Source of the DNA: Cladosporium halotolerans
Lineage: Eukaryota
Assembly (NCBI RefSeq): GCF_011745625.1
Contig: NW_027191459.1
Location: forward strand, 186,001-250,000
Direction of reading: 5' to 3'
Length of the DNA: 64,000 nucleotides
Positions 60,044 to 64,000 of the stretch are shown one piece after another. The notes below the pieces were generated by a model. That model was not told the DNA's origin and searched no databases. It saw only the letters and a list, made by a program, of their open reading frames with translations. Positions within the stretch are counted from its first letter, which is position 1, and each line of letters starts with the position of its first letter. The position numbers were made by a program, and so were the translations under genes.

Positions 60044-61654
60044 TCAGAGCGCAAACAGCGCAAGGCCGAGAACAGCACCGAGCGCGGCGCCGTTGGCGAC
60101 GACAGCTTTGCCCGCTGCGCTGGAGCTGTCAGTCGAGCTGGCGCCCTCGCTGCTGCCAGTGGGCGACGATCCGCCAGAACCAGTCTGCGACGCGTCGTTG
60201 TCCGAGCCGTTGCCGCTGGGAGCAGCAGACGGCTCACCGGTAGTGAGGCCGCCGTTCTTCCCGGGCTTGTTGCTGCCGTCGGCGGGCGAGATGGCGAGGC
60301 CGGAGATCTCGCCGCCGGAGGTGGCGTAGACGGGCAGGTCGACCTTGGTCTTAGTGACGGGGACGACGGAGCCGGCGTTCGCGGAGGGGAGGCCGTTGGA
60401 GATGAGGTCGGCGACGCCGTCGGGCACGGACGGCAGGTCGAAGTCCTTGCTGACGCCGTTGTCGCCGATCAGGCCGGCGCTGCACTTGGGCGGCTTGAGG
60501 CTGGTGGCCGTGTTGTTGTGGTTCTCGATCAGGGTGATGTTGAGCCCGCTGTACTGCTGCATGAGGGCGTCGTAGTCGCCGCGCAGGTGCACGGTGCCGT
60601 TGTGGTAGGCGTCGACGATGCCGTAGTTGTTGTCCTCCTGGGTCCACTCGAAGATCAGGCCGCCCGACATGACGGTCATCTTCTCGCCGTAGAGGACCGG
60701 GACTTCGTCAAAGGTACGGGGTTGGACCTCGTTGCAGCCGTACTCGGAGAAGAAGACGGGGATGGTGCTGTTGCTGAAGGTCTCGACGAGCTTGTCGTAG
60801 CCAGAGCTGGTGAAGGTGGCTTCGCTGCCGCACCAGGAGTAGGAGTTCAGGCCGAAGAAGTCGGAGCGGGAGAGGTCATCGCTGCCGTCGTCGGAGTTGT
60901 CGCACTGCAGGTATGCCCAGGTGTCTTCGAGGACGGAGCGGACTAGATGTTGTTAGAGAGTGAATTCATCTGAACTGGCATGGGGAAAGGCTTACCGTCA
61001 GCAGCAGAGTAACCAACAGGAATGGTGCGATTGGCGTGGTTCTTGATGTAAGACTTCATCTCACGCTGCAGCGCACGGACGTAAGGCGGGTTGGCCATGC
61101 TGGACTCGACATCGTTCATGATCTCGTTACCGGAGAAGAAGGCGAGCGTGTTGGGGTAGTTCTTGAACGCCTCGATCATAGTGAAGACATGCGTAAGGTA
61201 GGCCTTGGTGTAAGTGGAGGCAGGGTCGGAGCGGTCGAGGTGCTGGTTTGCCGCCGGGGAGTTGACGTCGAGGATGATGTAGATGCCGACGGAGTTGAAG
61301 ATGGACATGCACTCGTCATGGTTGAGGCTCGGGTTGAGGTTGTAAGAGCGGATGGTGTTCACGCCCAGGTTTTGCATGAGGGCAGCGTCGCGAAGGCATT
61401 CTGTGGCGTTGCTGAGCGGGTCGGCCTTGTCGAGGTCTGCGCCCTGGCCGAAAGGCTGGTAGTCGACGCCCAGGACCATGAAGCGCTTGTCGGTGACGGA
61501 GTCGACGAAGTCCTGGCCCTTTGCGACGATCGGGTTGGAAGCCGCGACCGATGTCGCGAGCGCGCCGAGGGCGACGAGGGCGTTGGTGAACTGGATTGGT
61601 GTTAGGAAAGAGGCTCTTGCGAAAACAGGTGTACGCGCAACTCACGGTCTTCAT
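60044..61654 (-). CDS. GH72 beta-1,3-glucanosyltransferase (Gas/Gel family), GPI-anchored, no X8 domain
   Basis: 9-nt first exon (MKT); introns 61645-61591 and 60995-60943; signal peptide; GVDYQP, LGVNTIRSY, FSGNE, IPVGYSAAD, FFGLNSYSWC, FFSEYGC, SGGLIFEW; Ser/Gly-rich linker and hydrophobic GPI signal. Confidence 0.95.
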
Positions 61655-62856
61655 ATTGACCGGTTCAATTGTGTTGTATGCGTGTGAATGGCGGAAATGC
61701 TACACCGATAGCGCGTGGCCGAAAGTTTCTCGTAGCAAACAGACAGACAGAAGAACCCGTTGAGCGAGCGAACGAATGACTTCCACAGCACAGCTGCGGG
61801 TGAAGGGCAAAGGACAACGGGGATGTCACGCGCGAGTGAATGTCAGGAAAGGAAGAGAGTGGTGTCGTAAGGGTGAGTAGTGGCAGCACGGCAGCAGCAG
61901 AGACGCCGAGCCGGTGGCCAGCAGTAGTCTGCGAGTAGTGGCAACAGCTCGTTCGCCTTCACCACTCGTCCGTCCACCGTGGCAGTGGCCCCGCTGCGGT
62001 GGGAGACTAGCAGGCAGTCGGTCCACGGACGCTCGCAGGCGCCGCGGGCGCGGTCGAGTCTGTCCGCGCGATAGAGACGAGCGGGTGCTGGCACGGGCGA
62101 GCGCCAACGCCGCCAACCCCACGAGCTTGTCGAGGTTTGACTGGAAATTAAGCTCCGGTTTCAGCGACTTCCGGGGGAGATTGCGCTCTGATGTAATCGT
62201 GTGGCAGCGACGTCCGCCCTAGGGCACTTGGGGCCCGCCGGCTGCAACTCCGGCGACTCATGGTGCAGGACAATCGATATACCGATGTGCCGGATGGTGC
62301 GACATCGTCAACGGCAGCCTGCTACAGGAGAGCGAAACCGCCTGGTTGCCAGCGACCGCGAAAGGCACGCACGGCACGATGAGGTGAAGTGGACGGGATG
62401 CAAGATTTCGCGCATATCTCCCGCGATACGAGCACGGATCTCCCGTCATCTCCTAGCATATTTGCCAAGGTCGCCTGAAGCAAGCTACCGCGTGGGAGAC
62501 CGAGAGCCGAAACTAAATTTGCGATGGGGACAGCCACTCAGGATTGATGAAGTCAGTATCCCTGTCGGGTACCCCAGTCGTTTCTCATGCATGCCGTCAG
62601 GGTGCGTCGAACTGTGTAACAACCGGTGGATTTCATGGAGTATAGGATCTTTGAGCTTTTATCTTCTCAAGAACCTGAATTTGACACGAGTATCCTGTTG
62701 TTAGTACAGGAGTGAATGGGATATGTATTTTTCGGAACTTGGGCACGATCTAGATAAGCTATTCTCTACATGCGCTTTTGTATTGTACAATGTATGAGTA
62801 GACAGGCACAAACCACATCACCTACCAATGCCTCTCCAAGCACCCGATGCCCTCCC

Positions 62857-64000
62857 TCACTTCCTCCTCAAAACCCCCGGCCTCCCCCCAATATAGACCC
62901 AGCACAACCCCGCCGTGACCGCACAAATCCCCGCCAACACAGCGTTCATCTTCCCATACCCGACCGCCTCCTTCATCTCCCCCGCCAACTCCGGCCCCAG
63001 CGTCAGCCCGGCGGAGAAAACCATACTGTTCAGCCCATACAGCTGCGCGTAGGGCCCCTCGTCGCCGAAGAACTCCGGGTTCGCCTCGTAGTACTTCTGC
63101 ACCACCGCGCCCGCCTCGACGATGCTCGGCGCGCCGATGCCCGCGAGCCCGATCCCGCTGAGCGCGAGCAGGACGCCGTAGATGACGGCCTGCGGCGTGC
63201 CGCCGGCGTGCGGGATGCGGAGCAGGATGAGGGCCGGGACGAGGTAGGCATAGGTGCTGACGGCGACGGCTTTGGTGCCGAGGCGGTCGACGGCCCAGCC
63301 GAAGACGGGGCCGAGGAGGAAGTCGAAGGCGCCGAGGGGGAGGAAGAGGACGCCGGACTGGAGGGAGGTGAAGGCGAAGTACTCGCTTGCGACGGTCGGG
63401 ATGGTCGCGTCGAAGGAGCCGAGGAGGGTCGCTTGGACGAAGGCGACGAGGAGGGCGGTGAGGAGGCGGGCGTCGGCCAGGCAGGGGAGGATGGGGATTA
63501 GGTGGGCGATTTTGGGCTGTTCGGGGGAGAGTTTGAAGGCGGCGGCGTCGTCTTCTTGTTTGGGGCCGAGGAGGGGTTGGTTCTCGTCGGCGGGTTGTTC
63601 GGGGTCTTCTTGGTTTTGGGCGTCGTGCGGTGTGGTATTCCGGTCGGAGACGGAGTTTGGGTCTTGCGCTTCGTAGCGCTTGGCGACTTTCTTCTCGATG
63701 ACCAGAGCTCGCATCACGAAGTCGACAACGAGGATCGCGAAGCCGATGCCGAACACGCCAGGGTATCCAGTTTTCTCGTAAAGTACGCCGCCAATCAGCG
63801 GAGCGAACAAAGTACCTACGGAAGTGAAGGAGAAGATCTGTACAACGTTAGCGCGGATATGATTATTCACATGAATTGACTGGAACTTACAGATCCGATC
63901 GTCTTGCCCAGGTTGTCCGGACCCACCGTCTCCAAACACAATGCCAGCCCGATAGTCCAAACGAAAGCAGCACTGATTCCCTGAAGAATACGGGCAAATG
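62857..64000 (-). CDS. MFS transporter (vesicular amine transporter-like); 5' part outside the window
   Basis: ARILQGISAAFVWTIGLALCLETVG, intron 63890-63838, then GTLFAPLIGGVLY, GWAVDRLGTK, GPYAQLYGL; multiple TM helices; stop TGA at 62859-62857. Confidence 0.9.
   Translation of the reverse strand, partial: ICPYSSGNQCCFRLDYRAGIVFGDGGSGQPGQDDRICKFQSIHVNNHIRANVVQIFSFTSVGTLFAPLIGGVLYEKTGYPGVFGIGFAILVVDFVMRALVIEKKVAKRYEAQDPNSVSDRNTTPHDAQNQEDPEQPADENQPLLGPKQEDDAAAFKLSPEQPKIAHLIPILPCLADARLLTALLVAFVQATLLGSFDATIPTVASEYFAFTSLQSGVLFLPLGAFDFLLGPVFGWAVDRLGTKAVAVSTYAYLVPALILLRIPHAGGTPQAVIYGVLLALSGIGLAGIGAPSIVEAGAVVQKYYEANPEFFGDEGPYAQLYGLNSMVFSAGLTLGPELAGEMKEAVGYGKMNAVLAGICAVTAGLCWVYIGGRPGVLRRK

Overview
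Eukaryotic (filamentous ascomycete) genomic DNA, most likely a Cladosporium-like Dothideomycete: the short GT..AG introns carry CTRAC branch points, and the class I hydrophobin closely resembles the Cladosporium herbarum HCh-1 type (recognised from memory, not searched). The window is gene-dense core chromosome. I could model 25 protein-coding genes by hand, with introns: PTH11-like receptor (partial), RPN2, CET1, hydrophobin, PBDC1-like, Ste6-like ABC exporter, CE1 esterase with a Cys-rich tail, ZZ/EF-hand protein, MED8, MPDU1, AT-hook/EVE protein, IQM-like protein, katG, CHMP7-like, Rho-GDI, ATG18, TYW4-JmjC fusion, PPS1, class I GATase, YND1, GH72, MFS (partial) and two hypotheticals. There is also one intron-containing tRNA-Met and a probable repeat-containing pseudogene near 3.1-3.5 kb. 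I see no CRISPR array, rRNA, intact transposon or biosynthetic cluster, and no demonstrated new multi-gene system. The least-explained signals are: (i) about ten recurrent ~0.5-1.1 kb 'C-rich -> CG-rich -> G-rich' skew-switch blocks that override codon choice inside genes regardless of gene orientation; (ii) an over-long, highly structured intron in the PBDC1-like gene; and (iii) two AUG-stop minimal uORFs in front of PPS1, one overlapping its start codon. Intron coordinates were read by eye and need RNA-seq confirmation.
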